DNA from: Callorhinchus milii
Lineage: Eukaryota
Direction of reading: 5' to 3'
Assembly (NCBI RefSeq): GCF_018977255.1
Contig: NW_024704742.1
Span: 56,422,001-56,486,000 of the forward strand
DNA: 64,000 nt
Shown here: positions 13,101-25,015 of the stretch, piece after piece
Layout: every line of letters starts with the position of its first letter
Numbering within the stretch: the stretch's first letter is position 1
Program-made: the position numbers and the translations under genes
Notes under the pieces: model-generated
The model's database searches: none
The model's input: the letters and a program-made list of their open reading frames with translations, nothing else
What the model was told of the DNA's origin: nothing

Positions 13101-13700
13101 CTCCGTGAGGGGGAAGGTGATGCCTGGGGTGAGCCAGGTTTCTGTTAAGGCCATGATGTCAACGCTCTCATCAAGGATGAGATCGTTGATGACCAGGGCC
13201 TTGTTACAGAGGGAGCGGACGTTTTGTAGTCCGATCTGGAGCGAGTGGTTGACAGAAGGGTGTGTGGGGAGGGAGGGGAGTCCAGGTTGTGAGGCAGGGG
13301 TGGGGGAAATGGGGATGAGGGAGGAGAGGTTGGCTCCCCGGGTCTGTGTCCGGGGTGGCTGGAATGGGGTCGTCGGTGTGGCTGCTGCTGGACAGCCAAC
13401 GCCGAGTGCCACGGTGAACCCGGCGGAGGATTCCCAGGCTGGAACAGAGGGAGCTTGTGGGAGGGTCAAGTGGGGATAGAAGGTGAGGGGGATAGAGAGA
13501 GAGGAGGACAGAGCGGGAGAGATGCAGAGGGAGGAGGGTATGGGGGGAGAGTGGAGGGGGGAGGGAGGGAGGGGGTGAGGGGGCTCGGGTCACAGCGGCA
13601 GCCATAATGCGCACTCGGGGACCGGGAGCGAGCGGTCAGGTGGATGGCATTAGCCCATAGGCTGGGGCTGGGGTAGCCAATCCATCAGGACCATAGTGGT
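10128..13700 (-). mobile_element. Apparently full-length L2-clade LINE (APE endonuclease + reverse transcriptase), frameshifted
   Basis: N-terminal LGILRRVHRGTRR segment. APE motifs GLQNVRSL, MALTETW, YRPP, GDFN. RT motifs YRPISNLPFLSKVLE, QSGFR, LDLSAAFDTVDH, GVPQGS, HMYADDTQLY. C-terminal SRLDYGNS/LHWLP and (TTG)n tail. The 5' boundary is uncertain (13620-13735). Confidence 0.95.
11236..11358 (-). mobile_element. Short L2 3'-end copy inserted inside the RT of the full-length L2
   Basis: Near-identical to the host tail at ~10128-10250. Flanked by GAGACA at 11230-11235 and 11359-11364; removing it restores NPCTVSCGVPQG. Confidence 0.9.
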
Positions 13701-14104
13701 CCCTGATGCGACCCCTGGGGCGGCGTAGAGGGTTTTTTTTTTTTGCGCGCGTACATTCCTGAAACTAAACTATGACGTCATTACCAACTTATTACCAACC
13801 TAATGTTTGAACCTCTTTCCTTCTTAATGCAGACCAATATTAACAATATCTCTCATACACATGCTCAATTCTATCATTTCTGTGGCAAACATTTTCAAAA
13901 AGGTTCAGTTTGTTGACTGAGTTATTAATATTTCTATCTTAATCTGCATTTCATTTTTTTTACATTGGTGAAGTAATTGTTTTATGGATAAAGAAATAGT
14001 TGAAGGACATGAAGCAGAGAGAAGGGTAAATCAATGTTTTTCAGACTCCTGGATAAAGTTAGTGGTGGACCCAGAAGATGCTAAGATCTTTCATATTGTT
14101 CATA

Positions 14105-14415
14105 TTTGCAGAATAGTAGAACCAGAGGACCCGGCCTGCGATTGAAGGTGGGTAAATTCAGAACAAATCTGCGCAAACACTACTTCAGTGAGCAAATAGT
14201 GAACCTGTGTAACAGGCTCCCTGGGGAGACGGTTGAAGCAGGAAATGTTGATTCCTTCAAACACAGATTAGATAGTTTTCTTTTAGGACATAATATCATG
14301 GGATATAGTACATAGGTAGTTTGGCACGGATGTGCATGCAACCACCAGGAAGGTGGAAGGCGAACTAGATGGACCTTGGTCTGTTTTCATCTACCATTTC
14401 TTATGTTCTTATGTT
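14105..14415 (+). mobile_element. CR1 3' end
   Basis: SRTRGPGLRLKVGKFRTNLRKHYFSEQIVNLCNRLP...FKHRLDSFL followed by tail ttcttatgttcttatgt. Confidence 0.88.
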
Positions 14416-14667
14416 TTTAAGTGACATATAATAACCCTATGTCTGATATAGTGCCTTATTATGTCATGTCGTAGAGCTTCACATAATTTACTGGAAAGTG
14501 TAGTGACTGAATTTATCAGTGAAATTTAACAATAATAATTCTTACATTTGATATAGCACCTTCACATCAGAAAAACATCATCTGAAAGCACTTCACAGGA
14601 TTTACCGTTATCTATTTTGTAGAGGAATATGCAGCCAATTTTAGTACAGCAATATTTCACAAATAGT

Positions 14668-16190
14668 CAACAACAACAAAATTACATTTGTATAGCGCCT
14701 TTCACGTCAGGATGACATCCCAAGACGCTGGACAGACAGAGTTTCGGACCCGAGCTGGGGGTCAGGGTCAGGGAGGGTGGAGGGCACGGGGAGCAGCAGG
14801 GAGATCGAAAGCATGGTCGAAGAGGAGGGTCTTGAGATGGGTCTTGAAGGAGGCAAGCGAGGGGGTGAGGCAGAGGGAATGTGGGATGGATGTGGGGGCA
14901 GAATGACAGAAGGCCTGCCGGCCAATAGTGGGGCGAGTGAGGTGGAAGACGTGAATCAGGCCTGCTGAGTGGAGGGAGCGAGCAGGATGGTAGGGGATTA
15001 GGAAGTCGCAGAGTTAGGGGGGAGCAAGACCATGGAGGGCTTTGAAAGTGAGGACTAGCATCTTGAACTGTATCCTCTGTGTGATGGGAAGCCAATGGAG
15101 TTGGGCGAGGATGGGTTGATAGGGTAACAGAGCCTAGTGCTGGAGAGGACACGAGCTGCAGAGTTCTGGATGACCTGCAGCCTATGGAGGGAGGAGTTGG
15201 GGAGACTGACAAGTAATGAGTTTGCATAGTCAAGCCTCGATGTAATGAAAGCATGTATGAGGATTTCAACAACCTGCGGTGTGAGACATTGGCGGAGCCG
15301 GGCGGAGCATGTCAAGGCTCAGATGTGGGGTAGAAAGGATAGTTGAAAATCAAACAAGGCGCCAAGTTTCCAGACCGGCTTAGCAAGGTGGAATGTACAA
15401 CCATGAATGGTGATGGTGGCAGCGACTGAGGTGAGGAGGCATTGATAGAAGCCAATCAGGAAAGCCTTGGTCTTGTTGACGTTCAACTGAAGAAAGTTAG
15501 CTCTCATCCAGGACTTGATGTCTGACATATATTCTGTCAGGACAGCAGTGGTCCTGGAGTCAAAGGTGGAGGCAGAGAAATACAGTTGGGTGTCATCCTC
15601 ATACATGTGGAAATTGACCCCATGTCTGCAGATAATGTCACCAAGAGGCAGCATATAGATATTGAAAAGGAGGGGACCGAGCACAGAGCCCTGAGGAACG
15701 CTGCACGATATGGTGTAGGGGATAGTGGAGGAGCCATTTGTGGAGATGAAGTGGAGGCGGTGTGAGAGGTACGATCTGAACCAATCAAGGACAGAGGTGT
15801 GAAGGTTGAGGTTAGAGGAGAAGCAGTGGATGAGGATAGAGAGGTCGTTGGTGTCGAAGGAGGCAGAAAGGTCAAGGAGGACGAGGAGACAGAAGAAGCC
15901 CTGGTTGCAGATGGGCAGAATGTCATTTGTCACTTTGACCAGGGCTGTTTCTGTGCTGTGGGCGGCACGAAAGCCCAATTGGAGAGGTTCGAGAAGGGAG
16001 TGGCGGGAGAGAAAGGAGCGAAGCTGAGAAGCAACAACTCGTTCCAAGACTTTGGAGAGGAAAGGAAGGTTGGAGATGGGGCAGTTGTTTGGGAGTAGAG
16101 ATGGGTCCAGGGAGGGTTTTTTAAAGATAGGAGTGATGACAGCAGTTTTTAATGGGTTGGGAACAGTACCAGAGGAGAGGGACCGGGAGA
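14668..16190 (-). mobile_element. 5'-truncated L2 LINE (RT and 3' end) nested in an old Deu SINE
   Basis: The 242-aa ORF has [22 protein letters not shown] and HMYEDDTQLY; (TTG)n tail. SINE halves lie at ~14530-14667 and ~16195-16476. Confidence 0.93.
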
Positions 16191-17994
16191 GCCAAGAATT
16201 GACTGACCAATATTATCTGGGGAATTGTTGGTCAGGACATCAGGAGGCTTTTCCCATTTCAAATCGTTCAATGGGATCTTTAACCAACTAAATTTACAAC
16301 CAAATGGGGCCTCGGTTTAACTTCTCATCTGAAGGGTAGCACCTCCAACAATACAGCAGACTCTCAGTGCTGCCAGCCATCACTATGCAAGTTTAAAGTC
16401 CCGCTATGAGACTTTAACCCACAATCTTTTAACGTAGAAGGGTGAGTGCTACCTCCCATCAGAACCAGACTGACACCTGTAAGTATTGAATGTCAAGGAA
16501 AGCAATCAAACTCGGTTGGTAAAACTTATGATCAAACACTTGCAGTCTTGGTTCACAGAAAAAGAATATGAGGTTGGGCGAGTTAAATGAGGAGGAGTGG
16601 GGAAAAAAAGTGTTTCCTTTCTTGTTCTCACTGAAAAAATAATATCTGAAAAGCGACCCTGAAAGATTTTACCCCATTCTGCAGCTGAATTCAATTTAGT
16701 TTGACTTCTTTATCAGGACATTAGGAGCAGATTAATGTAACTAATTTAGCAGACTCCCTCATCCTCAGCATGCCTTCTGTATCACATACCCCTTGAACAC
16801 TCTTTCTATTAACTCACACACTTGCATTAAAATTATATGTGAATGAACAAACGATTCTCAGATTTATAAGACATTTATGCATTTTGTGAGCTGAGCTTTT
16901 AATTGAAAACTCTGAATAGTTGTTGGAAACTATGTTCACTACTGTATACAGTTTACAATATAACCTGTGAAGAGCTTTAAGATGTCCTCCAGATGTGAAA
17001 GGGGTGCAAGGATTATTATTAAAACTCTGGAATGTTCTTGTTGAACCAGCAAAGTACAAACGTTACTCCATCCTATAAAATGCGATTTGTGACGTGATAA
17101 TTGCCACTGATAATAACTATTCCAGCCAAACTAGTTGGCAATTAGAATTATTAGACTAGCCCTGGTGTAAAAAAANCTTCCTCCACCTAATTTTGGCATA
17201 ATTTTTGTGGACAAAAACCTCCTAAGATCGTCTGTGGTCAGCTTTGGAGTAGCCACATGTGGAGTAAGCATTTGAGTGCTGTCTCACAAGCCAATTATCG
17301 TATCTCCTGTCATGATTTTCACCCTGTGCTTGAATGTTGCACCAGTTTTCTGTTTTCTCTGTTATCTTTTCCTCCTGTATAATTAGTGTTGAACACCTGG
17401 GGACATGGAGTACATACATGTTCGTTTTTCTAATGTGTGTGAGCTGTCCAACCTCAGACTGGTAAGAAAGTATTCAATCAAAAACATCTCATTACCTCTC
17501 CCAAGAAATTTACAATTAATATTCAGAGAGGAACTCCTGAGAAATTCAAGATGACATTCTCCCCAAAGAGATTATTGCGAACCTTCTATCGAATTTCACT
17601 GCAACATTGACAAGATGTTGAGGCAGAGAGAGATTTCACTGTTAACTTGACAGAATATACTGGGAGGGATTCCATTCCTTAACGAATATCAGGGCTAAAA
17701 TAAAGAAAACTTTTCACAACTGGAAATAAATTGTGATTAAAATATGTCCTTACAATCTTTTGTTTAAACATTTGAGGCAATCTGTGTAAAGAATTCTATA
17801 TAAATACAAATTATTGTTGTTGCTGTTTGTGTAACTGTAAGTTATTGTAAGTGCTTCCTATAGGAACATGTCTTATGATCTGTTTTCTCTCGTATAATAT
17901 TCTCGAGCTCATCAGTACTACCAAAGTAAATCCAGCAGGTCTGATTTGCTTAATCGTTCTTTCTTGAAAGTTATGGATTCAAGTTATGGATTGT

Positions 17995-18318
17995 GGAGTC
18001 CTGTAGCTCTGGTTAGAGCACTCGCTTTGCAAGTGAGAGACCTGAGTTCAATTCCAGGCAGGGCGAAACCTTGGGCAAGTTTCCTTACTCCGCACGCCTA
18101 ATAATAATCCCTCCAAAACCCAAAACAATAATAAATTGGTCATTTTCAATCTACGACTGCTTGTGGGACATTGCTGTGCGCAATTGGCTGCCGCATTCGC
18201 CCACAAATATGCAGTCAATTCACTTTACAATGTGTTCTGTGAAGCGCTTTGGGACGTCCTCCCGACGTGAAAAGCGCTATATCAAATGCAAGGATTATTA
18301 TTATTATTATTATTATTA
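17995..18318 (+). mobile_element. Young tRNA-derived SINE with L2-type tail, full length
   Basis: Near-identical to the copies at 31420 and 52298; A/B boxes and (TTA)n tail. Confidence 0.93.
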
Positions 18319-18589
18319 AGCCCCACATCAGAACATTGAGCTCATAGTATAAGGCTGACATTCCAGTGCAGTGCTGGGGGAGTACTGCATTATTAGAAGT
18401 GTTGTCCTTCTGATCAGATATTAAACTGAGGTCCCATTTGTCTGTTCAGTTAAAAATCCCTTGCAAAACCTTCAACTGTTTTCACTCTTGTATATACTCA
18501 ATTTAAAAAAAGGAACTATAGTCAGATTATAATGTTTATAATTAGTATTTATACTGATGCTGTTTCTCTCCTTCTGTTTTTCTCTTTTC

Positions 18590-19120
18590 TGACATTCTAT
18601 TCTATTACTGTTAGGAGAGAGTTCCAGACGGAGAGGGTAAAGTAGTTGAAAGGCTTCTCCACAATGGTGGGGCAGAGCATGTAGGAGGCATGAAGAAATT
18701 GGCAGAGTGGAGGGAGGGGCTAGGGAAGCAGGCACAAGAGAACACAGAAATAGGGTGGTGGAAGGCAATAGAGGAATGTGAAGGTGAGAGTGTGGATCTT
18801 AAATTTACTAGGAGAAATTGAGCCAAAGGAGCCAGACAAAGATGGGGGTGATGGACCCACTGAGCCCATTATGGGAGAGGATGGGTTTGCAGAGTTCTGA
18901 ATGGTTTGGAGTTTGTGGACAGTGGAGCTGGAGAGACCAGTGAACAAAGCATTGGGAAAATTGAGGTGACAAAGGTGTGGATGAGCATTTTGGCTGCATT
19001 TGTAGAAGTTGAACAATGTGATTGAGATAGAAGAAATCAGACATGGTCAGAGATCATATGGAAGGATATAGGAGAGTCGAGATTTAAACCACACAGAATC
19101 CACGATTTGGGGAGCATTTG
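18590..19120 (-). mobile_element. Old degenerate L2 fragment
   Basis: NALFTGLSSSTVHKLQTIQNSA...FKIHTLTF resembles the L2 ORF2 C-terminus. Confidence 0.7.
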
Positions 19121-19454
19121 AGAAGGTAAATACAATCATTGCTTGAGGAGAGCTTCATTCCTGAAAGCCAAGTGGCACAGTCTCAGGTTTGATGCCATTG
19201 GTAGCTGGGTGTCTGACACATACAGAAACCCATTGACATGCTTATGAGTATCCAAATTAATTTGCATGCCCCAGTGAAAGCAAGTCAACTATGTGATCTT
19301 GATAACTGCAGTTCCAAAACAAATTGCTTCATGATCATGCATCTCAATTTATACCATGATTATCTTATGGAGATTCAGTGGGCATAAACTAAGAATTGAT
19401 GAAAAATAATGTAGAGAAAGTAAAAACAATCTGAATAAAAGTAATTTTTCAGAA

Positions 19455-19878
19455 CAGAGGATACAGTTCAAGATCCTGGTCCTCACCTTCAAAGCCCTCC
19501 ATGGTCTTGCTCCCTCCTACCTCTCTGACCTCCTAACCCCCTACCATCCTGTTCGCTTCCTCCACTCAGCGGTCTCTGGCCTGCTTCACGTCCCCCGCCT
19601 TGCTCGCCCCACTATCTACTATCGGCGGTCGGGTCTTCCACCACTCTGCACCCACCCTCTGGAACTCCATCCCGCAGTCCCTCCATCTCGTCCCCTCCCT
19701 TGCCACCTTCAAGACCCACCTCAAAACCCTCCTCTTCGACCGTGCTTTCGATTTCCCTACTTCCCACCCTGCCCTCCCGCACCCCGATCCTCAGCTCGGG
19801 TCCGTAACTCGGTCAGTCCAGCGCCTTGGGGCGTCCTCCTGACGTAAAAGGAGCTATATAAATGTAATTTTCTTGTTA
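19455..19878 (+). mobile_element. L2 3' fragment
   Basis: QRIQFKILVLTFKALHGLAPSYLSDLL...STIGGRVFHHSAPTLWNSIP, followed by the tail. Confidence 0.9.
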
Positions 19879-21413
19879 TATACAGTTTCCTTCATAGCAG
19901 AGATCTTGTTATAATACATGAAACTTTCACCTTGAAGTACTTTCAAAGTTGTGCTTTCAAAGGGAATTGAAAAAAAATGATTATAATTAAATCTAAAATC
20001 TAATGATTGCAACAGGAATCCAATTAAGAAGTGTTTGAAAGAGAAAGCATTTTTAAGAAAGGAACACTTTTTCAATTGGTATGCTATACTATTTTTAATG
20101 TTCAGAAGGAAAAAAAGATGAAAGGCAATCCATCTCATAATTAATGGATTACAGGTAGCTGAAGGAAGAAGCCCCTGAGCACTTAATTTTCAGTACATTT
20201 TTACAGGTTCACTACCATAACTGTCGAGCCATATTCATATTAGATCTGAAAAGTGCAATTTTGACATGTCATTAGATATGTATGTATAGTGGATCTGGTT
20301 AGGGAAGTGGTTTTCTTTGATGTTTCACTGAACAAATGGAATACACACGCAATTCTCTTTGCGATTATCTCCAATCAAACAGTGAAACATTTCCTTTGCC
20401 ATACAGCAGCAAGGATTCAACAAGGTGCAGTGCTCAATACACAACCATTCATGACATAAACGTTTAGGATTATGTGGTTCATATAGAATAGTGACCGAGT
20501 ATTACAGTTCACTCAAAGCCATTTTACCTGCCCAATTCTTTGTAACACACATCACCACAGTGGAGTGAGTTCAATCAGGCAGGTGATATTCAATTCATAA
20601 CTGAAGTTATTATTATTATTATTTCCAAGTATTTGCCAATTCCATTTTCATCTGAAATTAAATATTTTTAAAATAAGAGTTTTGATCCACTTTCCTTGAT
20701 TGTGGTTAAATCCTGAATAGGAATGTGCCGATCAGGGCATTGCTCATAAATTAAATTTGTCACAGCAAGCAAGGGTTTGAAAATGAGTATGGTCTCAGCA
20801 GAGTGCTTATTAAATATTTGATTCAATTCTAAATAAATATTGTAGATTCAGGAGGTGTACAGAAAGAATGAGGACATGTATTCTCAAAAAAAGCAAGCAC
20901 AAAACCAAGTTCATTGTTTTTATCTATAGTAACATTAAAAATGATTGAACACGTAGGATTAAAAAGTAAGATATCCATAGACATATTTAAGGACACGATG
21001 TAGGCAAAGGCTTCATTTCATGGGCCTTTCAAAACAGAGTTTCACTTTGGCTACACACTCAATATATAGAAATACATAGAATGTGACAGCGCGGAAACAG
21101 GCCATTTAGGTATTCACTTCACAGGGGTCACTGTTGTCTAAAAATTGGTTGTTGAGTACATCTACATCATCACTACACTTTACAGTAACCTCTGTGAAGC
21201 CCTTTAAGATGTCCTCCTAATGTGAAACGCGCTATATCGAATACAAAGATTGTTAGTAATCAGCCCAACTAGCCCTTGCCAGTGTTTAATACTCTACATA
21301 AGTAATCACCCCTCCTAATCCCACTATTCCATTCTCCCTCATCTATGTATCATGTTTCCCCTTAACAACATTGATGCTGCATGCTTCGACCAAAGATTCC
21401 GGGAGCAAGTTCC

Positions 21414-21761
21414 TGTGACAGGGAACTAGACCCTATCCCTGCTTTCTATGGATGTAGATGCTATGTATAAAGGAGCATTTTTTAAAATTGTTTAAAAAAT
21501 CAAGGTAACTAACAAGAGATGGATTCCAATCAGTGTTGTTTGAAGTTCCAGCCCTAATTGCTAACTGGGAACCTAGAATCTGTTAATAAATCAGTACCAA
21601 TATATAGCTGGGTGCAAGAGAGAGGGGGATTAGTCTGGAGAAGACAGTTGTGAAAAAAAAGCATGAGCTTATTTATCAAAATAAACCTTTCTTGTTGTTA
21701 AAACCCTTGGTGCAAGTTTGTTTTCTGGACACATGTTTGGCTACCCTCCTACAGGATCACA
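21414..21761 (+). mobile_element. Candidate solo LTR (~348 bp) interrupting a CR1 3' fragment
   Basis: Termini TGTGA...TCACA, TATATAG at 21601, AATAAA at 21680, flanks TTCC/TTCT. CR1-like sequence resumes on both sides. Confidence 0.5.
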
Positions 21762-22731
21762 TTCTCATTACTCTCTACGAAAAGAAGTTCCTCTTTTTAA
21801 TCTGCTACTGCCTACTTTGTGATAATAATCCTTGCAGTTGATAAAGTGCCTTATCATGTGGTCGAGACTTATGTTTATCTTATATTTAGCAATATGCAGA
21901 AACAATATGTAAAATATTGATGGATGATATACTCTGGGAACATATTGTAAATGCCTTGTATTTTATCTGAGTTAAAAATAGTAATAATAAAACGTTGTAG
22001 TTGTTTTTTTTCAAGGGGTGTCATTGGGATCTGTTTAACAGAATATAATAAGACAAATTATGTTGTTCCCTTATGATCCTGATGGTTTGATTTAATAACT
22101 GGACCATTTTGAGAGAAAAAATGATCATTTTCAGAAGTAAAGAGAATGACATTTAATGAAAGAATGTCAGTGTTCATGCATCTTTGTTCTTTCCAAAAAT
22201 CTGAAGTAAGCCCAGATATGAGCAGAAATACATCAAACCCTCTGATTTGATGTTGTTTGACCAGTTCAGTCTCAAAAGAGCTGCTGACTTTCTGGGAGAC
22301 TCTTAAAGAATCCTGCCAGTGATTATTGTTCCTCCACAACACACATACTTCAATCAGAGCGAGCATGAAAGCCCCTCCACCATCATTGGCTATGCTTTCA
22401 GCCACTACGCCCCAAAGCTTTGGAACTCTCTCCCTCAATCCTTCCGCCTTGCCCCTCCTTCCACTCTTTTAGATCACGACTGAAGACCTTCCCCTTCGAC
22501 GGTACTTACGATCGCTGCCTCCCTTCCCCTGGCTTGGCGTCAGGCTCCATCACTGTTAAGCTTCCGAGATGCTGCCCCACATGAAGGATACTTGTTGAAG
22601 TTCTTGTTGTTAATTGTCTTGATTCCCATATTTTGGATCAATATATCTTAACAGTTTAATTATTTTAATGTTTTGGTACATTCCAACTTGTTCCTGTATT
22701 CCTAAAACTGCAGAAATATACTAACAGTAAT

Positions 22732-23010
22732 ATTAATAATCATTGCTTATGATATAGCATTGGGTGGACATCTCAAAGTATTTCAGAGGGTTTTTTTGTA
22801 AAGTGTATTGACTGTATATCTTTGTAAGCAGTTGTAGCGGGCAAGACGTGCACAACAGTGTCCCACAAACAGCCATGAAGTGAATGACAATTTTATTTTG
22901 GGAGATTGTTGGCAGGACATCGGGAGAAACTCCTTTCTCTTTCTGAATTGTGCCGTGGGATCTTTGATATTCATCTGAAGACATATGGGATCTTGGTTTA
23001 ACATCTTATT
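22732..23010 (-). mobile_element. Old Deu-domain SINE (3' part)
   Basis: Reverse complement of GTGCCGTGGGATCTTTGATATTCATCTGAA (Deu-like) plus the shared tail. Confidence 0.7.
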
Positions 23011-24258
23011 ATTCCAACAATGAGGTTAGTACTCGTTTCTGAGCTCTGGGACACTGCCCTGCACTAAACAAATGCAAGTTGTTGTTGTTATTGTCTGTCA
23101 TTAGATAGCTAGCAAGAGCAGGTTTGAGCCCTCGCTAGTTGGAAATCGAGTCCCAGGAACTCCTCATAAGTTGCATAATGAACAGTGCAACTCAGCATGA
23201 AATCTTTGAGAGCATCACCATCATCCTTCCACCAGCAGCCTGAACCCATTGAGCAGTGGTTCCATCAGTTGTTGTGGAATCTTTAACGTCCACCTTAACA
23301 GGCAGAGGGTACCTCAGTTTAACATCTAATCCGAAGGATGGCACCTCTGATGAGGACACCCCAGCTCTGCACTGAAGACTGGGTAGAATTTCAGATCTCA
23401 CCAGGTATTCATTGCGTACATCTGGATAATACGATAGGGTTGGATGTATAGACTTGATCATTTGGCTAGATTTCCTTTGGGGGAAGAACCAACCAACGGG
23501 AGTTCTTGAGGGGCTTTGACCTTCTACTTGTACCACCATAAAATAAGTGGTTAGTATTTTCAAAAGCACAAGGAAGACTTCCACCAAATTACCACCAGAA
23601 TGGCAAAATAGAATCATTTGACAGCAAAACAATTTGAATTTGAAATTCAAAGCAGCTTAAAAATGATCTTTAAAAAACACAGGGAGTGCTGGAAATCCAC
23701 AGCTGGTCAGTCAGCAGCTGCTTTTGTTTTTGGTCAGTCGAGCATCTGACACTTGCAGAGAAATGCATCACTATGTGTCAAAGATCCCATGACACTTCAA
23801 AAAGAAGAAAGTTTCTCCAGCGTCCTGACCAACAATCTTCCATTTGTCATTCATTTCATCATCATCTGTGGGACATTCTTGTGCATAAATTAGCTGCTGT
23901 TTCGCCTACAAATACACAGTCACTTCACTTTACACTAATTGCCATAAAGCACTTTGAGATATTTCGAGACACGTATAATGATGTATTAAATGCAAAGATT
24001 ATTAAAATGCTCCATTATATTGACTGGAGGACTGCACTAACATCATCCCAACCTCAATGTGATTCGTACTCAGCTGTACTCTACCCTTCCACATAAGTCA
24101 ATGCTGCTAAAGGTCCAACCCAAAATTCTAACATGCGAACTAAATGTTGTGGCTGCAATAAAGAACAGAGTTCTGTTGATGCACTGAAAGACTCAACCAC
24201 CAAGGCTGCAAGAAACCTCTATGTCCTCCTAAAGGCTGTGGACTGATACCCAAAGCAG

Positions 24259-24664
24259 AATAATAATAATAATAATAATAGTAATCCTTGCATTTGATAT
24301 AGCTCCTTATCGCCTTATTGAGACATCTCAAATCACTTCACAGAATATATTGTAAAGTGAATTGACTATATAATTTCTGGGCGGAACCTGGCAGCCAATT
24401 GCACACAGCAGTAACTCACTAACAGTCGTGGATTGAGTGACCAAATTATTAATTGAAAGGCAAAAAAAAATTTTTTTTTTAAGAGATTATTATCCTTGAA
24501 AGTGATCCGTGAATCGCCTAACCACCAGTTCCCTATTTACTTCTAGGTAAACCAAGGTGTGTGGAGTAAGGAAACATGCCTAAGGTTTCGCTCTGCCCAG
24601 GAATTCGGACCCAGGTCCTCTCCCTTGCGAGGCGAGTGCTCTAACCAATACAGTACAGGGCTCC
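24259..24664 (-). mobile_element. tRNA-derived SINE, long variant
   Basis: Same head and tail as the young family, with an extra ~60-bp internal segment (TTTACCTAGAAGTAAATAGGGAACTGGTGGTTAGG). Confidence 0.88.
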
Positions 24665-24810
24665 AGAATTATCTTAAGACTGCCACATCAACACACGTAA
24701 ATATATTCTACAAAATATATAGTCAATTCACTTCACAGTATATTCTGTGAAGCACTTTGAGATGTCTCGAAAACACGATAAGGCACTATATCAAATGCAA
24801 GGAATATTAT

Positions 24811-25015
24811 GGGTCAGGCAGCATCTATGGAGAAAGGAAAGTGAGTCAATATTTTGGGTCCAAGACCTTTCATCAGTTACAGTTCTGACGAAGGGTTGTG
24901 GACCTGAAATGTTGACTCACTTTCCTTTCTCCGTAGATGCTGCCTGACCTGATGAGTGTCCCAGCGACTTCTGTTTTTATTTCAGATTTCCAGCATCTGC
25001 AGTATTTTGTATTTT
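24811..25015. mobile_element. Palindromic Penelope-like terminal element with hammerhead-like core
   Basis: ~65-bp inverted arms (24812-24876 and 24885-24949). The right arm reads CTGACGAA-GGGTT-GTG-GACCT-GAAA-TGTT and continues to TTTCAGATTTCCAGCATCTGCAGTATTTT. The Penelope assignment comes from recalled family structure, not a search. Confidence 0.7.

Noticed and set aside
11779..13479. Plus-strand Gly/Glu/Arg-rich ORFs
   Set aside because: Antisense shadows of the pyrimidine-rich L2 ORF.
18071..18319. Recurring ORFs ending ...KRYIKCKDYYYYY (also 431, 24140, 31498, 52245)
   Set aside because: These are translations of the SINE body and (TTA)n tail, not a gene family.
23346..23356. CTGATGAG hammerhead-like box
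   Set aside because: It lies in a diverged Deu SINE, with no stem II or GAAA box at the required spacing.
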